A stretch of 64,000 bases of DNA from Felis catus (taxonomy: Eukaryota), in NCBI RefSeq assembly GCF_018350175.1, contig NC_058370.1, positions 127,968,001 through 128,032,000 of the forward strand, written 5' to 3'. The position numbers and the translations under genes are program-made. Shown here piece after piece: positions 48,831 to 60,774 of the stretch. How positions within the stretch are numbered: position 1 is the first letter of the stretch; each line of letters begins with the position of its first letter. The notes beneath the pieces were generated by a model. That model did no database searches and was not told where the DNA came from. It was given only the letters and a program-made list of their open reading frames with translations.

Positions 48831-49949
48831 GAGAATCCAGACTGTAGGTAGGAAGCTCGTACCCTTATGAGAATAGTGATAAGGATGAGGCAGAATTCAA
48901 CGGGCAATCTAAGTCCCGGCCCCCCGGAAGGGGCTGGCAAGGATCGACACCCAAGCTTTGCAGCTGTGCTTCCATGTAGACTCCATCCAAACGCTGTCTC
49001 CTCCCGATGCCTTAAAGCCGTGTGGCAAAATAAACACCACAGCCAAATCATTATTGAAGCCAAACATAAACAAGATCTAAAACAGAATAGGANNNNNNNN
49101 NNNNNNNNNNNNNNNNNNNNNNNNNNNNNNNNNNNNNNNNNNNNNNNNNNNNNNNNNNNNNNNNNNNNNNNNNNNNNNNNNNNNNNNNNNNNNNNNNNNN
49201 NNNNNNNNNNNNNNNNNNNNNNNNNNNNNNNNNNNNNNNNNNNNNNNNNCCTCAGGATATAAAATCATAAAAAAAAATTAAGATGTGATAGGCTTATTAA
49301 GCCACTTACTCTGTCTCCTGAGAGGGAAGATCTGCTCTATCCACAGAGTCTGGAAGAGCTGCCGTTGCAAAGCGGGCTCACGGATGCCTCAAGGACAGAG
49401 GGAGCTTCAGAAGAGGCAAGAATTACCAAAAGCCTGCCAACAGGCCACACAGCGGTCTCCGTTCTCTCGTCTGTGGGCTTCTGGGTTGTTAATGAAGGGA
49501 ACAAGACCGAGTCCCCCGCCCTGGAAGGAAAAGGGAGGCCCTGCTCCCACAGCCTCCCTCACCCGGCCATCGCCAGCCACTATGTCCAGGAGGGTCAGTT
49601 GGCGGGACAGTGGCTGTGATGTGAGCCTGACCACCACGCTGTTCCCAGCCCACCACCGGAGAACCGACCAGAATTGAACTTCGGCATTTGGCAGATCTTT
49701 GTGTCATTTGGCCCACTTCTTTTGAAGCTCAGGATCAAAATGACTTGAAAATTCAGAGTTAACCATGTAACAAATTATTCTCATATGATGCGATGACAAT
49801 ACTCAGCCACTCTCTTGAGATGAATTTTCCAAAATATAGAGTAGCCATTAATTTATCTTTATCTTCCTTAAGAAAAGCTTTCTCCTCACCCCCAAAATGA
49901 CAACAAAATCCCAACCTAGCAGACAGTATTTTCCAGTAGAGCTTTGGAG

Positions 49950-50004
49950 TAAAAGCTCTAAGAATTTATTTGGGGTAAAAGCTCTAGAATTTATTTGGGG
50001 TAAA
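49950..50004. repeat. ~26-bp tandem duplication
   Basis: taaaagctctaagaatttatttgggg / taaaagctctagaatttatttgggg. Confidence 0.9.
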
Positions 50005-50289
50005 TATACATCTTTTCTACTTGCATAATATGTATTTTCTTCTGTTGTCTCATCCATCATTAAATAAACTCTCACTTGACCCAGTCAGTATTTTTGCTAA
50101 TCTATGAAAAATGTTTCTGCCACCTCCTGGTTTCATCGTCTTCACAGTTTTTAAGTAGCTCCTGAACAAAGAGATTTATAGTATTTTAAGTTTCTCAAGG
50201 AAGCATCATAATTTCATTTTAGAGCTGTGGCATCCAATATGGGCGTCACTGGCCAGACGTGACAATTCAAGTTTAAATTTTACATCATT

Positions 50290-50501
50290 GAGGCGCCTGG
50301 GTGGCTCGGTCAGTTAAGCATCCCACTTCGGCTCAGGTCATGATCTCACGGTTCGTGGGCTCGAGCCCCGCATCGGGCTCTGTGCTGACAGCTCAGAGCC
50401 TGGGGCCTGCTTCGGGTTCTGCGTCTCCCTCTCTCTCTGCCCCTCCCCCACTCACGCTCTGTCTCTCTCTGTCTCTCAAAAATAAATAAACATTAAAAAA
50501 A
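50290..50501 (+). mobile_element. Felid Can-SINE
   Basis: gaggcgcctgggtggctcggtcagttaagcatcccacttcggctcaggtcatgatctc; TSD ending acatcatt. Confidence 0.96.
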
Positions 50502-50532
50502 TTGTTTGACATCATTAAAAATAAGTAAAGTA

Positions 50533-50645
50533 GGGGCACCGGGCTGGCTCCGTTAGTAGAGCATGCAACTCTTGACTTTAGGGTGGTACGTTTGGGCCCC
50601 AAGTTGGGTATAGAGATTATTTAAAAATAAAAATACATTTATCTT
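50533..50645 (+). mobile_element. Short old-type Can-SINE with perfect 18-bp TSD
   Basis: ggggcaccgggctggctccgttagtagagcatgcaactcttg; TSD ttaaaaataagtaaagta at 50515-50532 and 50646-50663. Confidence 0.92.
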
Positions 50646-52499
50646 TTAAAAATAAGTAAAGTAAAAAACTGAGTCCCGTATTTCAGTAAAACATGTGATG
50701 GATTCATGCTAACCGCATATTAAGCATTTCCCGGGCCCCTGTACCTCGTGGCTACCATACTGGATAACACATCGAAAGGGCCCCTTATCACAGAAAGTTC
50801 TATTGCTTAGCCCCATTTTAGAAGTTTAACCTCTCCGCAAGTCCTGGTCATAGAGATTTATTCCGCGACCTTACCTCTCCCAGCCCACACCCCTGCTATG
50901 AGAATCCACCTTGATTGCAACTTCCCATCCCTGCCCAGCAAATGCAGCTTCTTCCCGACCTGGGCTCATAAGCTCCAGCCTCCCCGACACGGTCCTCCAC
51001 CCTGTAGGAAACATAGGAGAGATTCCTGCTTAAGGCAGTTAGTAACGCAGAACCAGGCTCAAGAGCCCACAGTCTAATTATTGGTGCCTCATCCCATTAA
51101 TGTTTTTGCACATCTTATCCCTTTTGTCCTCGGATACATTTGTGTCCCTCACCTACCTGCATGTCCGTAAGTAACCCTGTCTGCTCTGATGTCGGATAAC
51201 TCCGAGCTGCAGTTCTTTGAGAAACACTCCACCTTTGAGGCATATTCTTGATGTCTTTCTGGCCTCTGGCTGATCGGTCACGGGCTCAGTGTCCAATATG
51301 AAAGTTTGGAAACTCCAGATCCCTGCCAGGACGGTCTACTCATTTTAATCTCAACAGCCCTTTGTCTGCTCAAATCAGAACATGGTAAAGTAGGAAAAAA
51401 CACTACCAGTCATGGAATGCAGGGAATTCTGTCTCGGTGTTCTCCCCTGTCTCTGTTTCTGGCTCTGGGATCTTGGGCAGCTGCAGGATATGTCCCAGCT
51501 TCCCCGTCCTTACCTGTGGAAATAATAATAACAGCCATGCATTTGTGGCGAGGATTATATAGCATAAGGATACTAAACAGCAAGTTCAATGGTGAGTTTA
51601 TATACATCTGGACACTCAATGCAATTGTTCCTTTCAATGTTTCTCTGTAGAAATTTTTGAGGTGGTGGTAATAGAATAATGCAGCTGGCAGGGTTTTTTT
51701 TTTTTTTTTTAAGCCATTAGGAGACCACAGCTCTTAAAAGTAACTATTTCATTAGCATCTTTCTTTTGTTTATATTACCACAAATAATCTTTTATCCATG
51801 CTCTGCAAAGTTAACCGTTCAGAACAAATGTGTGTCATTTGAAATCTTACGGGGAAAGCAATCCCTTAAAAGCCCAGCACTTTCAGAGCTAACTTCAAAT
51901 TACTGAGACACAAGTTTTCTCTGTCCAAGTTAGATTTCTAATCACTAAGGTTATTCTTGTCCCAAACCTGCCTGCAAACACAAAAGCAAGGGCAAACAGC
52001 ATAGTGCGGCAGGGAAAACACATTGGCTCTAGAGGCAACTGCCTAAGGTAGAATCTTGACTTGAACACTTCCTAGCCGAGGGTTAAATAAATTAATACGC
52101 TGGAACAGTGTTTGGTATGTGACAAGTCCTTCCTCTCCAAATCTATGCGAGAAATTGTCCTCCTATTCCAAGGATCCCGGCACACTCACCTGAAATATTA
52201 TGATCAAGGGGGAAAAAATCCAGGGTGGGCCTTCTAGTGATTCTTACTAATAATGTTAAGATGTGTTGATGACTCACTTTGGCCGGGCCCCATGTTCGAT
52301 GCTTTACCTACATCATTTCGTTTTATTTAATCTTCAACCTTTGAACCCTTGGGCAAATTCTACATCGAGTGCCTGGCAAAGACAGAATTCAGTGCAGGAA
52401 AATGTAACTTCCAAAATCAGACTCTTAACTTCCGGGTTGTTTCTGCCCCTCCGGGTGAGTAGGCTACAGTGAGTGTGGCCTGTGGCTGCCATCTCATAC

Positions 52500-52680
52500 C
52501 CTGGGTTCGGGTCCTGTTCCACAACTCACTACCCCTGTGAACTTGAAACTCAACCCGAGTGATCTGTTTCCTCAAATGTCAGATAGGGATAAGAATACTA
52601 TCTTGAGGGACTTCATACAAGATGGAAATGAAAGTGTGCAGAGTACCCGGACACATCATAGGCACGCAGCAAATAGGAAA
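52500..52680 (+). mobile_element. MIR relic (another at ~52005-52110)
   Basis: ctgggttcgggtcctgttccac...ctgtttcctcaaatgtcagatagggataag. Confidence 0.7.
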
Positions 52681-53599
52681 AGTGTGAACACAGGACAGGC
52701 ATACTTACAATTCATAGAGGGAAGTGAAGGACCTCACATCCCGGAGCTGACAACAGTCTGGTACCTCATTGGAGCACGTAAGTGAGTAATTACTTTAGCC
52801 AGAAGGGTACTAATTATAAAGGCAGAAGTCCTGGGAAAACCAAGGTCAGCACATACCTACCAGTCTAGCTTGGTATGATCAGGTATCTCTAACCTGCTGG
52901 GTTCTCTAAGGAACTCGTGAGGCATTTCGATTCACAAAGAAAGACGAGGCATTTTTAAAACCACTCTTTGTAACTTGAAGTTAACCTTTGCAACAGCCCA
53001 GTCTTAAAAACCTTGGCTGTTGACATTCACTGAGGTCATATGTTTTGCCAGGATGCCTGCTCTGCCATTGCAAATGGATTTCTTGCATTTAGAAGTAAAG
53101 TCTCAAAAGGATTTTGATGCTCTAGGCCATTTTGGTCACTTCCTGGGTTCCGTAATTACTCCAGAAAGTGCCTCAATCTACTCAAAAGGACGCACCAGAC
53201 CAAGAGACGCACTGGAATGCTCCCACCTACAAACTGCTTTCCCTTCCTCCAGTGTAGCTGCCAAGCAAGCAGCTCTAGTGATCTTTCCAGGAAATAAGAT
53301 CCAGCTCCTTCCATGGTCTGGCCCCCCCTCTCTCACCAATATGGCACTCAACCCCTTGGACCAGCCAGTCATCATGAACTTCTGGAGTTGCTTCAGATTT
53401 CGTGCTTTGCTGCCTCTGTGCATTGGCCCACACTCTTCCTTTTGTCTGGACACGCTCCTCCCTCCATCTGCTTCTTGCTAAATCCAACCAATATCTTTTA
53501 ACTAGGCTCAGTACAGCTGCTGGAGTGGATTAGAAATGTTTTCTTGGTCTTCACACAGGACGCTCTGGCCCCTTTTGTGCAGTTCTAATGGTACTAACT

Positions 53600-53720
53600 G
53601 AGAATTCTTTCTACCTCTTCCCACGAAGAGTGTAAGATCCTCAAGGACAAGGACCTTGCGTTATTCAGTTTTATATCACAAATGCAGGGCCTGGGACAGA
53701 GAAGGTGCTCAATGAATATT
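53600..53720 (+). mobile_element. L2 3' terminus
   Basis: tgtaagatcctcaaggacaaggacc...gcctgggacagagaaggtgctcaatgaatattt. Confidence 0.8.
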
Positions 53721-55276
53721 TGGGGAGGAGAAGGAAACGGAAGGGGAAGGAGGGCAACGAAAGGGAGGAAAGGGGAGAGCAAAATATGAGCTAGAAGAAA
53801 AGTAAAGATTAAGCTCTGAAGACTTTTGGCTTGAGGAGCCCTCTTGGCTCCTCCTGGCATCAGGTATCTGGAGCATGTACCTTCCGGACTCACCTGGCAC
53901 CGCGTGCCTCGTGAGGGGTTCCAACAGAACCAGGCTGGATTCTATTATGTTACTTGTGCACATGCAGATTTCTGCCTTTTGAAATAATGCCACATGGACG
54001 CAACTGGCATCACTTATCAAGCCTTCAGGTTCCTGGTCAACTGCCCGTGCCGAGCACAGCCACCAATGCGGAAGGGAACACACAACATCCTGATGGCCAA
54101 TGGAGCAGTGGTCACAAGACTGTCGTACCCGACGTCTTGTAAGCCTCTGGCATTCTCCCCACAGTCCGTGGGCTTTGAAATGTTTGGGCGCCCCCAGAAA
54201 ATTCTTGTTGGTTAGCACCCAGTGCAACTTCCTTAAGGATGCATCCTTATTCATTTTTCTTTTATTGAGGGCTATCTCTACTCTCTCCCGCTTGAATGCC
54301 TGGCTTTCATACCCATTTATCCCCAAGAATGGATAAAACATAGGCCACCTCACCAACTTCATGGTTCTCACTGTCTCCAGACAAACACTTGGGACCCTTG
54401 TCATTTGGGGAACATTAAAGGATGCTCGGTATAGTGAGAGGTGTTAGCTTCATTGTTAGTCGGACCCGGGCTTGCATTCCAACTGAAGCAATGTTGGGCA
54501 GGCAACTCAATGCTCTCAGTTTCCTTGAATGCAACATGAGAGGGCAGGAGGGCTACTCACGTCTTTCTCATATAGCCTCTGCAATGATTGGCTGTGATGC
54601 AGGTAGGGCTTTTAGCAAAAGGTCTCACATATGGTGGGTGCCCAAACAGCTACAGCTAAAGCAATAAGAATTCTCTTAATAACTTAAATTTCAACAATTT
54701 AAAATACTTAATAATTAAGCCTCACTAGACCGACCATAACTAACAAAAAGAACCAATGTGAAGACATCCCAAAGATTCAAGAACTCTGACTGTCTCCTCA
54801 TGATTCTGACCTCAAGTTTGTCACTCGTTCTCTGTAGGTTTTAAATTCACCTCTGGTATGGTCCAGTCCTATTAGACCTTCACCTTTGATTCTCCCCAAA
54901 TTATCCCATCCTTAATCCCTTACCTTTCTATAGGGCTGAGACCCCCTGCATCCAGAGAGCTCCCACTCTCTCGAATATATCTCTAAAGGTCCCACTAAGT
55001 CAATGTATGCTTGTACATATACATATCATTTAGTAAACTTACATGTGACTGTATACCCTATAGAAAGGGTAAAAATCAAAGGAAGTCAGGGCACCTGACA
55101 ACACTCTGGGGCCATCGAGTAGTAGGGTAAGAGGTGCAGCAAATCTCAGGACAACCGTCCCCACACTCCCTGCCTCCACCCCTGCCCTGACCAAGATACC
55201 ACCGTGCAGCCCAATGAAACAATGGATGTTGTGACCACTAGCGGGCAGGTGCAGCTCACGGAATGCTTTTAGCAAA

Positions 55277-55320
55277 AGGTTACAGGTTACTTGGTTACTT
55301 GAGGTTACAGGTTACTTGAG
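55277..55320. repeat. Short GGTTAC-based tandem repeat
   Basis: aggttacaggttacttggttacttgaggttacaggttacttgag. Confidence 0.85.
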
Positions 55321-55469
55321 TTCTGCAAGCCCAAACTCTCCTAATTGAGATGAACAGACTAAGACCCAAGAAGGGCCAAAAACTCTCATTCCCACCCCTA
55401 CCCCGCCAAATGTAAAATCTTTCGAAGTGGGAAGATTCTGTTTAATAAGACACAACTTAGGCCGGTTGT

Positions 55470-55670
55470 GTATAATAATGATAAAAGTGGTAATATGTAA
55501 CATGTGTTAAGTGTTTGCTATGGGCCAGGTTCTACTCATCTTTACTCATCTCATCTTCAAAACCACCCTTGGAGATGGATCTGATTCAGTCCTGTTTTCC
55601 TGGGAGCGTAAGTGTTGCAGGTAGAGGTTAAATAACCCGCCCAGGGTAACAGAGCCACGAAGTGAGGCAA
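55470..55670 (-). mobile_element. MIR relic
   Basis: ttaagtgtttgctatgggccagg...agaggttaaataacccgcccagggtaacagag. Confidence 0.75.
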
Positions 55671-56144
55671 GTTGGGCGGGATACGTGTTATGGATTTTGA
55701 GGATGACTTCCAGCAAACATTTTAGAACACAGGTAATATTTCCAGTCTTGGTATCTGCTTCCATTTATATGCTATGTCTGGTTCCCTAAAAATAACAGAA
55801 AAGTGACATACTAATGTGCTCTCTACTACACTGGACTGATTATTCCCCTCATCAAGCCAGACTCTTGGGTTGCTTCTCTGAGGGGGGAGGCTTTTGACTC
55901 TGCATGGTTCCCCCAGAGCAGCGGTAACGGTTCAGCTCAATCTGAAACTATTTCCATCCCGTTCAATTCAATAGCCATTAATTCCCCGACTTCACTCCCT
56001 GACCCCTGAACATCTGTTTCTTCAAATGCCTGGTTTTAGCTCGTTGGTGGGTTTGGTGACTTCTGTTAAGCATTTACTTCTCACATTCTGTCTTGTGCTA
56101 AACTCTTTAAAGCAAACGATAACCAGAGTTTTTACCTGAAATCC

Positions 56145-56355
56145 CTTTTTTTTTCTTTTAAAAATTGTTATTTACTTTTTAATAAAAATTAGATGTATTT
56201 AAGGTATATGACGTGATGATTTTATATATATGTCTATATACAGTGAAATGATTATACAGTCAAGCTGGTTAACACACCATCTCCTCACATAGTTATGTGT
56301 GTGTGTGTGTGTGTGTGTGTGGTGACAGCACCTGAAATTTACACTTTAGCAATCC
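56145..56355 (-). mobile_element. L1MA8/9-type 3' end containing (TG)n
   Basis: tatttaaggtatatgacgtgatgat...gtgaaatgattatacagtcaagct...cctcacatagtta(tg)n ggtgacagcacctgaaatttac. Confidence 0.85.
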
Positions 56356-56829
56356 CCAGTTAATTTTTAAAATTTTATAATCCTCAACACTGACAAAGTT
56401 AGGTGTAACTACTACATTCGCATTCTGATTACGTTATAAATTATAGGGAATTATATAGCAAGATGTAGCAAAAGTCATAAAAGCATTCATGCCCTTCATA
56501 TCATTTCTTTTCTTTTCTGAAGATATAAAAGATAAGCATTTAATAAAAATTCTTTCTAAATTCTAAATACTCCTTAAACAGAAGATAGTCATCCATATAT
56601 TTGAATATTTGCAGCCATCAAAAATGATAACTGTGATACTCTTCAAATATTTCTTTCATAATATTAAGAATAAAAAAATCAAGATACCAAACGTTGTTTT
56701 TACCATGGTTAGAGTTTTGTAAAGGTCCATCCGCATGTGGACAGAGATGGACAGTTCACACAAAAAAAGTTTTTAAAAATTGTGTTAGAGAATGGGATGA
56801 GCTCTTTCTGTTTAAAAAATTTATCTTTC

Positions 56830-57125
56830 AAAGAGTACACTTATCACTATGAGCACTGAATAATGTATAGAATTNNNNNNNNNNNNNNNNNNNNNNNNNN
56901 NNNNNNNNNNNNNNNNNNNNNNNNNNNNNNNNNNNNNNNNNNNNNNNNNNNNNNNNNNNNNNNNNNNNNNNNNNNNNNNNNNNNNNNNNNNNNNNNNNNN
57001 NNNNNNNNNNNNNAAAGGAAAGAAAGTTAGAAACAAAGAGGAGGAAGAGGGAAGGAGAGGAGAAGAAGAAAAGGTAAATAAAGGAAAAGAAAAGGTAGGA
57101 AAGAAAGAAAGGGAAAGAAAAAACC
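56830..57125 (+). mobile_element. 5'-truncated carnivoran L1 3' end spanning a gap, with a purine-rich degenerate tail
   Basis: agagtacacttatcactatgagcactgaataatgtatagaatt matches the L1_Carn-type 3'UTR; ttatctttca occurs on both flanks (56821, 57136). Confidence 0.65.
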
Positions 57126-60100
57126 ACTTATCTCTTATCTTTCATATTTTTCTTTTTCTAAAGCCAAAAAAGCCAGCTATCCCTACTTAATGTTGCTATA
57201 GACTCTTTCTTGTCTACAGGAGGATTCTGAGTACTCCCCATGGGAATTTCTATCCCAGGAAGCTAGGGATCAGGCTTTTGTGCATGTGAACGCAGGACAC
57301 CTGGATGGGCCACCTCTGAGTAACGTCCTGACCACTTTTGAAGCAAAGCCCAAAGGTTGCAACATTTCCAGTTTCAGGATAAGTAGTGTTTTCAACTCCT
57401 TGAAAAAGAAAATAAACGCCAAATAATCTTATTTTCGATTTTATCAGCACTCAAGGTAACAGACTTTGATACATTACTTGTCCCCTGGAGAACAAAACAC
57501 TCATTAACGTTTTGGTGCCAGTGCAAGGCTGGTTTGGGCCACCTCTGAGCAGGAATCTCAGCAGTCTGACTTGAGGACGGGGTTCTAGCCACTCTTTGAT
57601 TCGAGAACAATAAATAGCAATTAACTGAGGCAATTGACTTGCCAGTCTTTGAACCAACTGGAAACTGAGATCTAGCAAAACAATTTGGTATTTCAATGCA
57701 AGTGAAACTCTTGGAAGTGTCTGCCTCCACCTAACTCATAACTCATGCTCTTTGAAATTCACTGCATCTCANNNNNNNNNNNNNNNNNNNNNNNNNNNNN
57801 NNNNNNNNNNNNNNNNNNNNNNNNNNNNNNNNNNNNNNNNNNNNNNNNNNNNNNNNNNNNNNNNNNNNNNNNNNNNNNNNNNNNNNNNNNNNNNNNNNNN
57901 NNNCACTGCAGACAATGGAAACCCCTCCCAGGTTCCAAATCCTGTAGTCCTGGTTCAGATCCCCACAAATTCCCTGGAAGGGATGAAAGAATCACTCACA
58001 TGTCTGATCCTTCGAACGTGGGCAATGAGAGGACAGTGTTGAAAAAAACAAAGTTTCTGGAGGCCCTGCTGATTGAGACATCTTGGAGGGAAACCAGCTC
58101 TGTTCCAAACCAAACTGCCCGGCGGAGCCGTGAGTGCCCAGCCTCGGCCTTCACAGGCTCTGTCGGGAGCATGCTGTGCACGCCATATGCAAGATCCGAA
58201 CCAAACATATAGTTGGCAAAGGTACTCGTTTCGGAGGCAGGCATGCCAAGGTTGCCCAGATACTGGTAGAAAGTCAGCTCCAGCGCTGGGAGCGCCTGGT
58301 CAGGAAGATTCTACCGGAAAGTCAGTAAAATTATTAGTGGAGGCAGTTTGGGGGCAAAAATATGGTGTCTGCAGCGGGGGCAGGGGAAAGGGCAATCTGG
58401 GGTCATCCTTTGATTTCTGTCTCTTTCTTTCATCACAGCGGAATGGGACCTCCTTGCTGAACAGCTTTTCCATGAGGCGTGGCACTTCTGTCCCTTTCCA
58501 CAAATGTCGGCTTAACAACAAAATAACAGACATAGCTGAACTGAGTGGAAACTGACTAGAAGAAACTGAGATAGGTGGTGTCACCGACACGGAAATCCAC
58601 AAATGAGGATCCATTTGTCACTTTCCAGAGCATTGCTATGTTCCAAAGCCAGGGCGGCTGGTGGAGAAAAAAGAGGAGCTCCGAGTTTCATGAAGTTGAC
58701 CTGACATCTATTTCACCTGCCTGTTTAAGCACCCAAATCACCTCACATTCCTCAAATTCTTAGTTACCCGAGGAATAAAAATGAACTTGGAGGAGAATGG
58801 AAGTCCCATCCTGCCCACCTGGGATTCACCGGGTCACAGGTCCTGAAGCCCTCGGGCGGCAGGCTCGGGGGGACTTCCACACAGATGGGAACACGGACGG
58901 TCCCGAATCACCCAGGAAGTCCCAGGGCCTCAGGACTCCTCTCCCACACCGACCTCTGTGCAGGAGGAAAGGGGACACACGGGGCTTTCACTCTATTCTC
59001 TTCATTCGTGTTTCTTGCCTTTGACACTGCATTAAGTTAACATTAGTTGTGCGATTACAAAAAGCGAGGCGGGGAGCATCTAAAAACAGATTTCATGCTG
59101 CAGCGTCTACTAACTGGTAGTCTCTGAGCAGGAATGCCAGCTCAGTCCCACTGATTGTCATCTGTAGGATTGCCCACCCAGCTGGGAGCCCCCACGGTGA
59201 GGGCTCGTGCCCAGCCAGGATGTCCCAGATGGACAACCCAGCTGTTAACATACCCAGATGCCCAGCACGGGTTGGCGATAAATGCTGCTTCCCTGGACCC
59301 CTCAGGTTTTCAATGGACGGACGTTGGGTGACCGTTAAAGACGTTCCAGGTAATGATGACCCAGACCTATGTACGGCTCCCCCAGCTGAGTCCCTGCCTG
59401 TCCCTGTGCCCACGTGACTGAGGTGTCTGAGGCTCGAGGAGTGTGTGTGGTTTATGATGGGTAGAAAATCTCCACAATTTCTGATAACTAATTCTGAAAT
59501 GACACAATCTTTGTCCAACACCCCTCTCTCAAAAGTCACGGGGCTGAACAAACATTCAAAATGTATATATACTATTATCAGTCCAAAAATCTGACTTTGT
59601 CCTCTTGTTGTCTCTTAGAAGTGCCATCGTGGTGTATTTTTAAGAGAAAATAAAAACAACAAAAAACAAGTCTTATGTTCTGTTTCAAGAAACACGGGTT
59701 CAGAGAAGCTATTGTTTAGTTACTCGGTGATACCCCCCCCCTTTACTTCTTAAGGGAAATGGTGAAAATAAATCACAACAACATAAAGACTGTTATTCAT
59801 TTAGTGCTTCCTGAGGGTACAATAGCTATTATCGATTTTTTTTTTCAAGAAGTTTATGAAAAGAAGATGAAACAAAATTCCCTCTAAGGTTGCTAGCTTA
59901 TTATGTAATTTTCAGACCCTGGGATCAGGTGAGAACTATTTATAGGGAAGAATGGGAAACCATGAGAGAAAACACAGATGCCAAACACTTGAAGTTGTAT
60001 TTGTTTCCAAAAACCCCTCTCGCAGCCCAGTGCCTTCCCCACTCTATTTCCACTCCAGCAACCAAGTCCAAAAAAGCTTGAGGGCCAAACGGTGTCTTTT

Positions 60101-60774
60101 TCGGAATGCAGGTATTGCAGGGAAATCATCCCCGACCCCTGTGGCTCCTTCTCCCCCAAACCTGGAGCTTGGCATAGTGGATGGGCATGCCGGCCAGACG
60201 GGCAGTGAGAGCACGGCTGGGGTTACACAGAGCATCTAAAGGTCAAGGCCACAGCTGTCCATCCACTTGCAGGGTCCACGTTATCAGAGTAATTTACTAG
60301 CAGGTGAAATGTCCTACTCCCATCAGGGGCCAGGCATATTCTTCCAAGGACACCCTTGCAGGAAATCGTGCTGAGTTATGAGCAGGAAGGGTCCACACAG
60401 GAGGTGCCGAAACAGCAGAGATGAGGAGAAGAGATTAGGTGTGACTTTGCGGGATTAACTTTTAGTCTCTCTCATCGGGAATCTACTCCAGAAAGTATGA
60501 CCTGTCAGGCTCCATAGTTATGTAGACCGACTGCTCAATAGAACTGATCTGAGTAATTCAGGACGCTGCTGGATGAAGAAGAAGGCAGCCTTACTTGGCA
60601 GAAAAAGCCTGGGTTTTGAAGTCAAACATAAAATCTTACTCATGAGCTGCCTGACTTCAAACTCAATGAACCCCATTTTCCTTACCTACAAAACAAGGAT
60701 AAAACCCCTGTAACTGAATAGCTGTAACCTCAGAGGTGGAAAGGGACTCTTTCTACGCACAAGGTCAACGCATC

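Larger units (their letters stand above)
50222..50810. mobile_element. MER33/MER3-type hAT MITE interrupted by two Can-SINEs
   Basis: catccaatatgg...cactggccagacgtgac; gtggctaccatactggataac...atcacagaaagttctattg. Confidence 0.75.

Noticed and set aside
53709-54404. 231-aa minus-strand ORF
   Set aside because: No recognisable protein; ends in low-complexity and L2-derived sequence.
696-58212. ORFs containing X runs
   Set aside because: Artefacts of translating through N gaps.
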